DNA of 62,469 nt, the filler included, from Choristocarpus tenellus KU-1152 (Eukaryota > Protista > Phaeophyceae): the NCBI GenBank assembly GCA_964200185.2. It is 11 parts of 11 records of this genome, joined end to end, with 100 filler letters (N's around TTAATTAATTAA, not from the genome) between each part and the next. Parts side by side here need not be neighbours in the genome. Positions count along the whole stretch, not along the records: positions 1 to 10,460 come from CAXNAD020002919.1; positions 10,561 to 14,582 come from CAXNAD020016630.1; 9 more parts are not named here. The stretch is one strand, 5' to 3'. The first letter of the stretch is position 1. Each line of letters starts with the position of its first letter. A program made the position numbers and the translations under genes. Under the pieces are notes generated by a model. It did no database searches. It had not been told where the DNA came from and worked only from the letters and a program-made list of their open reading frames with translations. Of this stretch, positions 1-12,055 are shown in pieces.

Positions 1-3000
1 TCTCTGGGAGTAAGTGGTGAAAATGACTTTAATGGAACGGTGTCAATGGTGTCCTCTTCTTCACTACAGGGCATATACCCTCTTTGGGGCACGTTCACCG
101 TGTCTTTTGAGGGCAATACAACTGCCCCCATTTATGTTGATGCCTCAGCTGGTGAGCTCTTGACCTTGCTTTAGATTTAGTCCTGATGCAGATGATTTTG
201 TAAGCAATAGTTGGGTCTAGAGAGGGGTGGTGAGGTTCATTGATAGAGAAAAGACAGCCTTATGTCCTTGCACATGAAGTTGATGGCAAAACAAAGGGGG
301 GTAAATGATCAAGACCAGAAAAAGAGCAATTGAGTGCCAACCCATGGACCTGACCTTGAAATAATGCTCTAGCTCTAACCCTGATTGACAATTAAAATAC
401 CAGGTGAGGTGGAAGCTGCACTAGAAGCGCTTCCTACAATTGGAGATGTGTCTGTGGAACTTTCTTATATTGGCCTTGCACTTGGGTCTGATGGAGTTGT
501 TTTCTCCTTCAATGGAGACACCAATCTGTCTACATCACTTTTCCCTGTATGGACTGTTTCCTTCGATGGAGTGTGCTCATATGACCATTCTGGGTGGGAG
601 GGATGCCCACCTAACATTGGGAATGTCGAGGTAAGTGGTAGGTTTGGTATTGAGAATTACTCCGAAGTAGATGTTGCAATTTTTCCCATTCAACAAACTA
701 TCGTGACCATTTCCAACATGGTTAAGGTTGATTTCTTGTTTTCAAATGTATTTATGAGGGGAATAACATTTGAATTACCATCCTTGACAGTAAATGCTTG
801 AGAATCTGAATTCAGGAAGCAGAGTTGTGGTACGCACGAATATTCATCACCCTTACTGCCTATACAGTCAGCCTACAATATATACCAGAATTGCACTATT
901 CCACTCTACTCCCAAGGCTACCACGGCATAGAGAGGCCATACTACATCATTTTCGTACTGTAGAGGTGGTATGTTTTCTTGTGTGCAAGATTCGGATGAA
1001 ATAATTAGATTTGCAATTTGAAATGTGATCACCTAAATTATTAGCCCACCTTCCTCCAAATAGCAAGGGACGAAAGTTGAGTACAAGTTCTCCATTTATC
1101 ACCTTGACAGATGTGTACTCCACTGCCCATAAAGTCATATTGACTATTCCAGTCATGCTCATCCTCATCCTCATCATGTAATGAAACTGAGAGTATGAGA
1201 ATAGTAAGAACACTCAAACCAATGCAAGTGTTTTGCGGTAATGAGATTTTTTGAACGAAGAGCCTCAGTAAAAATCCCATTTTGCGTTGTATAATTAATA
1301 AGCAGCATTATATTTGTGCACCTTTATTCTTGGATCCTTCCTCTTGTTTGTGTAGCCCCTGAAAGTCCTCTCATCAGGACTAATGTGGGAAGACTCGCCA
1401 TATGAGCATCAATCACCTCCAGAAATCAGGGTACTGGAGATAGTTGCTGGCACACGAGGGAATGATCAGGTGAATTCACAATGTCACCAACAATCCTTGT
1501 CCTCGTTATGACTAGAACATCTTTGGCAAGAAAAATCCCAATTTTTGGTTTTAGCCTGTAGTCTAAGGATACTCAGTGCTGTTGGAGAAGTCACTGAATT
1601 TCATATTGACCCATAATCGTTCCATCATATTGGGTGCCTGTACCCAGTATGTCGTGGCAGGGATCTAAACAAACTAATTATTCTAATATTTGAGCTCTGC
1701 TTACATTATTTTGTTTTCCACAATTTGTCCAAGAATATTTTGCAGATATTTCTTAGGGGGAAACAGAACACCCTCACGGAAACTATTCTGCCCTTTTTTT
1801 TTAGTTATAAGGTACATACCCAAAATCAATGTCCTTAATCCATGTGCACATTGTTCCTACCCTGAAATTATCCTCAGGTCGATGACCAAGATTGGGAAAA
1901 TATCACAGCCTTGCTCTTCCATGATGATTATCCCTATTCAGTACGCATTGGTCTCAATGAGGTACAGGGTATATCTTGCACATCCTCTAACGCCACTTCT
2001 GCAGCCTACATCATGCTTGAGTTTATGGATGAGAGTGTTCGTGTTGAGGCCAACACCACTATCCCTGACCTCAGGTAAGGAGTTTTCTGTTCAAAATGTT
2101 TGTAGAAGAGATAATGAAAAAAACCTGAAGGTGAGGCAGGACGTTCGCTGACATTTCCCAATGTTTCATGTTCTCCTAGTACTGCCAGTGACATTTCATT
2201 GTTAGCAAATTTTCCTACACAAAATCAATCAACAGCTCTAAATATTTCCTAGGCACATGCCACTAACATGTTGTGGATGTTGCCATAGAGAAGACATGTT
2301 CTAATATATTCGGAGCTGAACAAAAAAAAAGAAAAAATATAATATTTCAAATCACCTCTGACCTACTCCAAATGCTGCACATTTCTCTGAAATATGTTGG
2401 CTATTCTTTGGGAAATAGCAAATACATTGTGACTCTGACGGAGGGGGTGGGTCTTGATGAGACAAACGTGAATGTTACCTCCAGTGGCAGTCAGACCACT
2501 CTCTGTGGTATCAACGGTGATGAGGTGAGTATCAAAGAGTGCTTCAAGTATTGAGCCAATGAGCTGCAGCCACCTTGAAGGAACTGCAATAAACTGCAGA
2601 ATCAATAGAATAGATTTCCCTCTTCCCTCCTCTAACAATATTGTTGAGATCCCAGTTTTAATTACTGGTCAACGAACTTTCGAATTATTGATCAAGCACC
2701 TACATATCAGTATTTTAGGACCCGAAGCTAGTCCTGAATGTAGCCTTGATCAGGTATGCATGGTTCTATTTTGCACTTTCAAGCTGTTCATATGTATGGC
2801 TCTGCTGCTTGTCCCTTGTCCCCTGGGTTTGACAGATAATTATAGAGTTCTTAGCGAACTTCAGTCTGCCAACCCTGGAAGTGAGTGACCACTCAGGAAA
2901 CATAAGTGCCAGTGTTCGAGAAATCACGAAGGGCCTTGACTCTATCACTTATATGGGGAAAGGAAGGTGAGGATGCCCTCCTTCTTCCTATGACTTCCTA

Positions 3001-6000
3001 GACCATTGTCTCGCCCACACTGTTCTGTCATGGTTGGGAATTTTGATGTGTATTAGAAAGGATGAAAAACATTGTACTGTTCTACCTAATAGCAATGAGC
3101 TTACTTGAGAATTTATTATGGTGTACTGAATGGGATCTGTCATTCTGTAATTCACGCCACAAAGTGTGTCTGCATTACATTTCGCATACTGCTGTAAAAG
3201 ATGTAAGCAGTACATTCAAGGTGGTCCAGACATAAAACAGAGGGCATGCTCTATCCTAATTGTTGATTTGGATGATTTTTCCATTGAGATATCACAATGT
3301 GTTGTAATGCAAATGCATCCTGTTTGCATAATACTTACTGAGCCTGTTTATTTGGTGTAAATGTTTATATATTTTTTGTCCTCATCAACCTCAATCTTGG
3401 CACAACATGCCTCTTTTATTGCATATCTTGAGCACGTCCTTCCTTGCTACCAGCATATCTCCAGCAAGTACTGTCTGACAATTCCTCCCATTTCTGACAG
3501 ATATCTTGTCGAGTACACTCCTGTTGTGTCAGGTCGATATATCGTTAGAGTTTGGATCGGTGAAGAGGAAATCTCCTCTGACCTCAGTGGAGGCGTCACA
3601 GTGGTTCCAGCTGCCACTTCAGCTGTCTTAAGCACATTCTCGACAGACTTGGTGAGGCATAAAGATGTTTCTCAATGTATGCTCTTTTGACACCATGATT
3701 GCCCACCTATGATATTTTTCCATACCACCAGGCAGGACAAATATAACCATTGCACCTTTGAACAGAAGGGTGATCCAAATCTATAGTGCATAATAGTATG
3801 AAGCACTCTTCAACACTAACACGAACATCTATCAGATTGAAGAACATAGGGAGCAGGTCCTTCTTACTGTGTGCACCCATGCTAATCCAACACCTGATTT
3901 GCTGTTGTTACCTGTCACCCCTTGCAAACTAGGTTGACTTCCAGGGTGTGCAGCATAAACTTAAGATCACAGCCAAGGATCGCTTTGGCAACCTTCTCGA
4001 ATCCCTCCCCATTGAAGGGAGCTTTATTTCCTACATGGATAGTGCCTTCAATTCCCATTCTCACATAGTTAGTGCCTCAAATATATCTTCAGCAGAATCC
4101 CTGAACAACAATTCTCTTGAATCTAGCCGGACATACCTCAACATGAGCAAGGCCCCTGATGCACAAGGAGTGTACCTAGCGATGTATACTCCTGAGGTTG
4201 CAGGAAGTTATTCACTGAGCAATGAGTACCGGGCGCCTGGAGGTCTACTTTCGACCTACTTTCGCAACCAAGATTTCACTGACCCAGTGTTGGAGAACAG
4301 GGATCATGTGATGGAGGTATGAGAGTCATTGCCAAGCCATAGCTCTGACCCCAGCCTCATTTGTTTTGTATAACATCCTAAGATTTGGTAATAGACCTGA
4401 GCCAAAGTGATTGAGATGTAGGCAAGGTTGCATTTATGGATTGCTAGAAATGGCAACAAAATCCCATTTGCCGAATTGCGGTTGTACTTAAGGGGGAACT
4501 TTTATTTTGCAATCACTATTGTGCACATAGTTCAATGAAATAGGTGTATTACAGGGCAACAACTATTGCTTAGAATGGATGCAAAAGAGCTCAAACCTGC
4601 CAACTTACCACTTACTTTGGGTCACCGTGAGGCACTCAAAAATATATTTAATTGGCCTCAGATTGCATCTTGAAGATGGCGAACCCCCCCAAGGGGAGAA
4701 GCACGGGGGACAGGGGTAGGATAATGGCAACTTCATCATCACACCTGCACACTCTGTCACCTTTTCTAACCTTCAATTGCTCCCAGTTAGAAAATTCGAG
4801 TAGTGCCATGGGTCTGAATTCTTCAAGTGGGATAGTGGTAATACAATAGCAAGAATTCTGCAGCTACAGGATTCATTTCTTGTGAGATACTTTAGAATGA
4901 CAGCCTACGGAAAAAAATCTTCCCTCTTCATATTCCTCATGCTCAGGAACCATACCACGAAGTTGCACACTGCCCGGAAAGTATGTTTGCCTGTGACTCA
5001 ACTAGCATGGATGAGAGCTTGTCATTCAATTGGGGAACCAGCAGTCCCTTGGAGACATGGCCTGGAGTGGGTTTTCCAGCCGACTATTTCAGGTGCAAGA
5101 AATCCTGAGCAATCAAGAGTTATCTATTTGTTAAATCAGGAAATGCCATCACTTGAGGTTCAAAGTATCTGGGGGGGGGGTCTACACCAGGGTGTCCATT
5201 TGGGGCCTGACCAGGAAAAGTGCACTTACACTATACTAACCAAATCATCCAAATATTGCAACAAGGAAAAATGGACCCCAAATGGACAGCCGCCACCCTC
5301 CCTCCAGATACTTTGAGCATGAGGTCTGTATATCATTCTTAGAGATTTTTGTCGATCAGATATGTAGACGGAAGTACAAAGTTGTGGCTCTAGCTTCTTG
5401 GAAGTAGCAGAACATCCTGCACGTTCTGGGGTACTCTGAGATGTGAAGGGAGAGAAGTTCTTTGGGCACCAAAGGATTTTTCTTTCTTCTGTGCTTGTGC
5501 CAGCACCATTTACAAATTTCTAGATTAGTGGCAAGTTTCTTCTGAATTTTTCACAGAAGTATACTTCCTGGGGTACTTCGTCCGTTGATATAGAGGTATG
5601 TTCTTCTGCAGGAGGAATGAGCCGTGTGGTGTGGTGACAGTTGGGTTCCTCATGCAACGTGGGGCAGAGTGAAGCTTTCAATTTTAAAAATCCATCCACC
5701 ACAACACTGTGGGGAAGAGGAAAAAGACGATATCGGGCATATTACTATGTGACTCATATCTTGTAGGGATTGGTAGAGGGCATAAATTGTGCCAAATACA
5801 CCTATTTTCAGTTTTTGTCTAAACTTTGTGGTGTGTTCCTAAGAGTAACCTTATGGTATCCCTGATTTTGTCGTTCTAAATCCAGAAAAATCCTTCACAA
5901 ATTGATTAACTAGGTCTCAAAATATTCAATTCAGTTTGATTCAGAAGTGAAAAATATTGTGACTGTGGGTCACATATCAAATATAATCCAAAAACGACAG

Positions 6001-9000
6001 ATCTCCATATCTGGATGCCTGATGGTATGGCAGCAGAAAAGAGGAAAAAACGTATTGTATGGGTGGTTAATGGAATGTTCAACCTTGATCCAATATTGAA
6101 CCCATGCTTTCCTCTCGACATTTTTTTTCTAAACCTTCTGCTAGTATCCGATGGGAAGGATTCATTTTGGCGCCATCAAGTGGGAATGTTCTCTTCCATG
6201 CAGAAGTTAATGATCTCCTGAGGCTTACTATTGGTGGTCAGGTTATCATGGACACAATATCCTTAAATGGATCCGAGTCAATGTCATCTCTCCGAGGACG
6301 GATGGAGCTTGTCCAGGTAAGAAATTGTTCTTATCATGCGCTAGGTGGATCTCCCTGGACTTGGCACTGTGTCCATGTCTTAATATTGGCACTCTCGGGT
6401 AGATAACTGTACCACACGTTGCACAAACCGCGATATAACTCATTTGTGCTTCATAAACCAGTTGAAAAAAAGTACAAATATTTGTATGTAAAGACTGAAG
6501 GAGTGGTGAAGATGTACAAATAATTTCTACCCAGGAATCTTGTACCACAACTAATGTACTGAGTACAACTCAATGTAGAGCAATGGTGTACAAATCTCGT
6601 TTGTCGATATAACCTTGCTGGTTACCATGTACACATGATTTGTAGATACAATCACCCTTTTTTCAGCATGTGCAAACGAGTTGTACCTATGTGCCAAGAG
6701 AAGATATTTGTGTATTGGTGACCTTCCCTACCTCTTCTATACTTGCAAATATTACAATGCGATTTGATGGTAAAGAAAATCTTGTACAAATATTCTGATT
6801 AATATAATAGGAAAAAATAATTGTGTACAAATCTTACATTGTGATTTAATAGGAAGGAACCAATATGTACAAACCTCATCCTCTTGAAATATATAATAGG
6901 AAAGAACAATTGCATACAAATATTTGGTTGCTACAACTTCTGTAATTTGTTATAGTACTTCTTTCTCTCGTTGTTCAATTAGTACAAAAAAATATAACAC
7001 CCCCTTCCAAAATAACACATTGTGGAAGCCCTAGTACAGTCCTAGTTAACATGATGTCTGTAGAGTTTCAGTGTCCTTAACTAAGTTGAAAACATGTACC
7101 CGTATATTATTTTGTAAATCAGGGTCAGTGATAGCATTTTTCGTATGGGTACTACCACTCCTGTGTTAAATACACTTACCCAAATATTTCTCTTAGAACG
7201 ATTCATCCTCTAAAAACATGCTTGAATATTTGTTGTACCACTGGTCTGTCTATGAATCATTCACAAATACTTGCATACATCACTCTCCTATCTGCAAAAG
7301 ATGTACAAATGATTCCCCGGTACTAATTCATTGATTTGAATCCCTCCACAATGGATTGCTGTTGTGAGCACAAGTTGTACAAATTACAGTGCATTGATTT
7401 GTCAACATTTCATCTTGTTGTCAGGAGATTTGTCCCGCCTCACTCTCAGGAATATGAATGAGTGCAAATGATTTGGATCCCAAAATACATGAGTGAACTC
7501 CTAAATCTTTGATTTGTCACGATGTCGCCAACATGTGTAACTCAGAATTATGACAGAAACAGTCATTGATTTGTCGGAAATTGATTTGCACGCCACAAGT
7601 TGGATTGATTTAAGATTAATCAACTCCGCCCTGTATGCCAACACTATCTCTCGTCTCTGGAGACTAACTTGGCCCTCTATACAGACCATTTGAGTGCTTC
7701 TTATTTGCAAAGAGACCCCTGCAGTTCAATGCATCTGGAGTAGCTTGGACATGTTCTATCCCTCTCCCATATATTATGATTTTTCCCTCTACCTTGTATC
7801 TGGTGTCCTGGCATACTGCCATCCTTCTGGTGCTAATCATACTTCCCATATTCCCTGAATTGTGCAACGTTTAACCCTGAATTATGTTGAATATCCGTCC
7901 TCAGGACAAACTTTATCCGATTGTTGTTGAGCTTGTGGAGATTGTTGACAAAGCATTCATGAGCCTCTACTGGTCACACCCAGGAATGTTCAACGAGGAA
8001 GAGGTAAGAACATTTTGGTACAGGTTGCTATCTGCTTTGGGAAGATGATTACATCCAGCTAAGTTGAGGGTGAGGAAATTAGAGCAATATGGGCAAGCTA
8101 TAGATTAATTGTTCCACTACAAGAGGTTGGATGGCCTTGACTCGGGAGAGCTCCAAAGCAAAGAAGGGGTGTGCTATTTGCAAAAACGAAAAGCTGTACT
8201 TCGTCTCACCAAACAAACACTTCTACAGGAGTTGATTCCATCATCAGCACTGTACCACACTCGCCATCTGGAGGGTTCCCCTGTTTCTGTGACCGTCTAC
8301 CCTGGGAGAGTGGATGCATTCACCAGCAGAATCGATGGGCCAGGATTGGAGGGTTGTGTTGCTATGGAAGAGGTAACTCAAAGATAGATGGAATATATAT
8401 TTAATTTTCACACTTCTTGTTTTGTCATTGATCCTGTTCTCTCTTGCCCTTGAGTATGTGCATCCGAAACAATTGAGAAAAAATGAACTACATTGTTGAG
8501 CAGTGTGGATAATGACTTATAAATGACATAATTGGCATCTTGTGCAGTGCACCTTCACCATTACGGCCTTCGACAGCGTTGGCAATAAGCGCTTTAACTC
8601 TGGAGAGGACGAATGGGATGTTGAGGTTGAGGGGATCTCAGGCTGGGCTGCAGAAGGTCGAGAGGGCGAGTACATTGTTCCTGGAGCAGCACCAATCTCT
8701 GCCAGGAATGTTAGCTGGTGAGAAGTTGATAGTACTTCAATTCATAGCACAGAAAGGCTATACTAAATCAATATTGCATGCATCAATGACAAGAACATTC
8801 TTCTTATTGACCCGAAGTATCTTAGAGGGTACTGCTGCGTCCATTTGGGGGTCAAAACCCAATTTTGCGAATTTGATGTAATTTGGGGTATCGTGTTTAT
8901 TAGGAAGTGTCAATATCCACATTCCGGACATATCTTTTCATAACATATACACGTTACCTACTACTAAACATTTAGGAGCAGGAAAATTTCATAAAACAAC

Positions 9001-10288
9001 CAATGGGAAGCCAAGCCCCAAATGAACAAACAGGGCAAAACTCGTACCCTCTAAGATACGTTTACTCATTTCAAAGTCGTACCCCAAGAAATTGGTGTAT
9101 GGATTTCCTTTTGTTATGCCCTAGAATATTAAAAAAAAAGTACATATCTGGCAGAGGCATTGCGGCTTCAAGTCAGTGGAGAAATATGAATGGGATCTCC
9201 TTCGTGGTGAGTCGTCAGCTGGAGCAGTTTAGGAATGTCAGTTCATCATGTTCTAAATAGTAAGCCAGATGTAAGTAAAGTTGAAACCAAGCCTGTGCCT
9301 CATCTAAAAATTTACCCCTGAAGCATATTGATCAAGATGCTATTTGACTTAATGCATGCAACTCTGTATTTGTTGAAACAAGGAAAGATGCCAATACCAT
9401 CTAAAATTCTCTTCTATAATATCAGGAGTATGTTGCAATACACGTATATATCCAATCTCTATGATGCAACAATCTCCCTCTACTCAGAACGACTTCCACA
9501 GGCAAGAATTTGTCAACTACCTCCTCAATACGAATTTCTTTCACCAACAACAGGTCTCCAAATGACTGGGACATGCTGGGAAATGCCACATGCACTACAA
9601 ATGTGTCCTATTGTAACTCCAGCTCTGACTTCACCCAGATCTTGACTCGAGGGAAAACCATTGGTATTGCTGACGAGATCTTCAGGGTGAGAATGAGTTC
9701 ACAGTTGGTGAATGTTTCATAGCCCCAGGAATGAATCTATACTTTCCCCTGTAGGAGGTTGGCCAAGAGTAAGGGTAAAACATGAAATGAATGTCGTATT
9801 TCCAATGCCCTCTGTTGATGAGAATAAAACAATATACAATACTGTGCCATGAACTTGGCAGTTAGGATATCACTGCAATGAGAAAATTTGATGAGGAGGA
9901 AGAAAGACATTTCGTTGCAGTAGTCCTGGCTGCCATGTTATCCTGAACTCAAGTCTCGAGTAGCATCGTGTATATATTGAGATTAATTTGGCACCCAAAA
10001 CCCAATTTTGATTATTCCTACCATTCCAAACTTCCCACACAGGTTGAGACTGATGTGACTGAAGAGTTCAGTGCGACATCTGTCCCACTATCCTCTCCTT
10101 TCCTCGGTGCGTCTGGGGAGTACCCTGTGTACTTCATGGCTGATGGGGAAAAGACAGGCACATTCATAGTCCGATATACACCATTTGTTCGTGGGGTCTA
10201 CGCCATCTCAGTGCTAAGGCCAGCTCTACTTGAGGTCCAGGAAGTGAAGACATCTATTGAGGCTGTAGAGGGGGAACTTGCTGGTGAG
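1..10288 (+). CDS. Partial (5' and 3' incomplete) giant protein with filamin/ABP280-type Ig-like repeats and a PA14 domain; 15 exons
   Basis: GT-AG exons splice in frame, approx. 1-151, 404-630, 1356-1469, 1878-2074, 2419-2525, 2836-2966, 3501-3651, 3933-4316, 4948-5093, 6145-6316, 7905-8003, 8229-8372, 8548-8717, 9555-9687, 10044-10288. Filamin-like motifs: YLVEYTPVVSGRYIVRV, ITAKDRFGN, HLEGSPVSVTVYPG, FTITAFDSVGN, FIVRYTPFVRGVYAISV. PA14 motifs: GGLLSTYFRNQDF...FNWGTSSP...DYFSIRWEGFILAP...LYPIVVE...LYWS. Also the EVEAALEALPTIGDVSV / EVQEV motifs seen in giant stramenopile surface proteins. Confidence 0.85.
4399..4623. mobile_element. MITE family 4 (225 bp, intronic)
   Basis: Left end gagccaaagtgattgagatgtaggcaaggttg vs reverse complement of right end gacccaaagtaagtggtaagttggcaggtttg; flanks acct/accg (3/4 TSD match). 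Confidence 0.6.
5157..5318. mobile_element. MITE family 2, near-complete copy (TIR GG(G/C)TCAAAGTATCTGG + G/C run)
   Basis: ggttcaaagtatctgggg...ccagatactttgagc. Internal sequence matches 23815-24009 and 10561-10640. Further ends at 10641-10686, 29355-29394, 46457-46486, 50272-50291. Confidence 0.8.
8809..9067. mobile_element. MITE family 1 copy (~257 bp), intronic
   Basis: TIRs GAG(C/T)CAAAGTATCTTAGAGGGTA / TACCCTCTAAGATACTTTCACTC (diverged here); internal sequence shared with more than 12 copies in the window. Confidence 0.9.
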
Positions 10289-10390
10289 GTGTAGATATGA
10301 AATGTCAAAGTAATGGGTATCAATGGCAGCACGAGTTGGTTTAGTTGTGGGAAAAAGTGGTATCACCTGGTTGAACTATTTGCGTAGTAT

Positions 10391-10460
10391 GAGCCAAAGT
10401 ATCTTAGAGGGTAGAGCCGCGTCCATTTGGGGGTCAAAATCTAATGTTGCGATTTTGATG
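10391..10460. mobile_element. MITE family 1, end truncated by contig break
   Basis: gagccaaagtatcttagagggtagagccgcgtccatttggggg up to the N spacer. Confidence 0.9.
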
Positions 10461-10560
10461 NNNNNNNNNNNNNNNNNNNNNNNNNNNNNNNNNNNNNNNN
10501 NNNNTTAATTAATTAANNNNNNNNNNNNNNNNNNNNNNNNNNNNNNNNNNNNNNNNNNNN
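10461..10560. other. Artificial contig spacer N44-TTAATTAATTAA-N44 (also at 14583, 18333, 23715, 29395, 33764, 46487, 50172, 53330, 58849)
   Basis: Identical 100-nt cassette occurs ten times; TTAATTAATTAA gives stops in all six frames; genes do not continue across it. Confidence 0.97.
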
Positions 10561-10686
10561 ATCTAAATCACCCAAAAATCGCGACATGAAAAAATTGGCG
10601 CCAAGTGGAAAGCCGCCACCCCCCCCAGATACTTTGATCCAGGGAAAAAAACGGACGCCGGCACCCCCTCCCAGATACTTTGACCC
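10561..10686. mobile_element. Two tandem right ends of MITE family 2 (likely nested)
   Basis: ccagatactttgatcc (ends 10640) followed by ccagatactttgaccc (ends 10686). Confidence 0.75.
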
Positions 10687-10703
10687 AGAGAAAGTTGGCC
10701 TGC

Positions 10704-10850
10704 CATGAGAGGGGGCAGCAGTACGACTGTGATGTAACCATCAACACCAAGCGGTACCGGGAGTGGTATGTGGAGACTTTTCTCCGCACACGGAAGGAAA
10801 AAATGCTGTGGTTGGAGGGTGAGGAGGTGGTCGTGCAGCGGGACGTGTAG
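10704..10850 (+). pseudogene. Mariner-like transposase fragment
   Basis: Translates HERGQQYDCDVTINTKRYREWYVETFLRTRKEKMLWLEGEEVVVQRD*. This aligns with the relic at 51.4-53.1 kb (VTVDRERYKKLMIEGITPEIK...IFVQQE) up to the second catalytic Asp. Confidence 0.65.
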
Positions 10851-10851
10851 A

Positions 10852-11017
10852 GGTGGTAGGTTGTTGCTGAGACTCCACGGACCATGACACTTCCTTACCA
10901 ACTAGCATACCAGGCAGCCTCCTTTTGTACCAAAGTTGGCGCTCCGATGGTTCACCACCAGGTTCAGGTGGGAGGCCGCTGTCAAGGTCCGTGGAGTCTC
11001 AGCAACAACCTTCCACC
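10852..11017. repeat. ~38-bp inverted repeat with ~90-bp spacer
   Basis: ggtggtaggttgttgctgagactccacggaccatgaca (10852-10889) vs tgtcaaggtccgtggagtctcagcaacaaccttccacc (10980-11017), 2 mismatches. Confidence 0.9.
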
Positions 11018-12055
11018 ACTCCCCTGCTATTGCAGTATCATAATAAGAATTCTACAAAAGGAATGTTATATCAAGGAACACATATTGAGTGATGAGTTAT
11101 TAGCGATCAGGGATGAGTGAAAGGTCTACCACCTCCTCCTGCTTGTATAGTGTTTCTGACTCCAACGTTCTACCTACTACAACATAGCTGAGAAGGAACT
11201 AATCTGCATATTTTAATATCAAGACTTGGGGTCCTACACATTCTTTAACACACAAATGAGTTTAATGATCATGTGTGCACAGTTTTGAGGCTAGTGCAAT
11301 CGTCCTGAAATCGGCACCGGTTTATAACATGTCAAATGCTATCATTGAGGCTAGTTGGAGATATTTCGTTGATGGATGCACTTGGTGTTGCAGATGAAAA
11401 TAAATACTATCCCATAGAACACAGTTATCACATAAATGAAGTGAAGGGGGAGGTCTCTGTCACGATGGAGATGTTGTGAGTAAACACAAATAGCAGGAGA
11501 TCACAGAAGAACAGTTATGCCCATCTCCAATAAATATTGAGAAACCCCCTCCAATGCACCTTTGACAGCACTGCCAAACAAGCCTAATCAACCCTACTTT
11601 GATGTTTTCCGCTATGGAATAAGTATATATACAGAAGTATTCACTTGCTATTGCTCATTTTCCCACGGTATGAAGTTTCACCAAGTTTGTCCATGACACA
11701 AATGCTTGAACGATGCAGGACAGGTAGAACATTGCAGCCAAAATTCACAGAGAGAATACATGGGTATGTACTTTCAACTCCAGAGAGCTCAAGTCTAAGC
11801 CAAGAACAAACCAAACTCCATGAAGAGTATGGATGGAGACAGAAAGCACTACATAAAATATTGGAAACAAAATGGCACAATCATCGTGATACCTGCACAC
11901 AATCTCATTGTTCATACTTTTTTCATGGTTTGGGCCGGTATCTCGAGATCATCCCTCAATAATCGAATAAGAAACTTACATGACACGAGCAAACCTCATC
12001 TCCATTCTCCCCTCCCCTTTGATCAATTCAGGGAAAACATTAAGGCATCACTTGC

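Noticed and set aside
9003-9260. Recurring ORFs with MGSQAPNGQTGQNSYPLRY / SQSILEGRAASIWG peptides
   Set aside because: Chance translations of the non-coding MITE family 1; frames are not conserved between copies.
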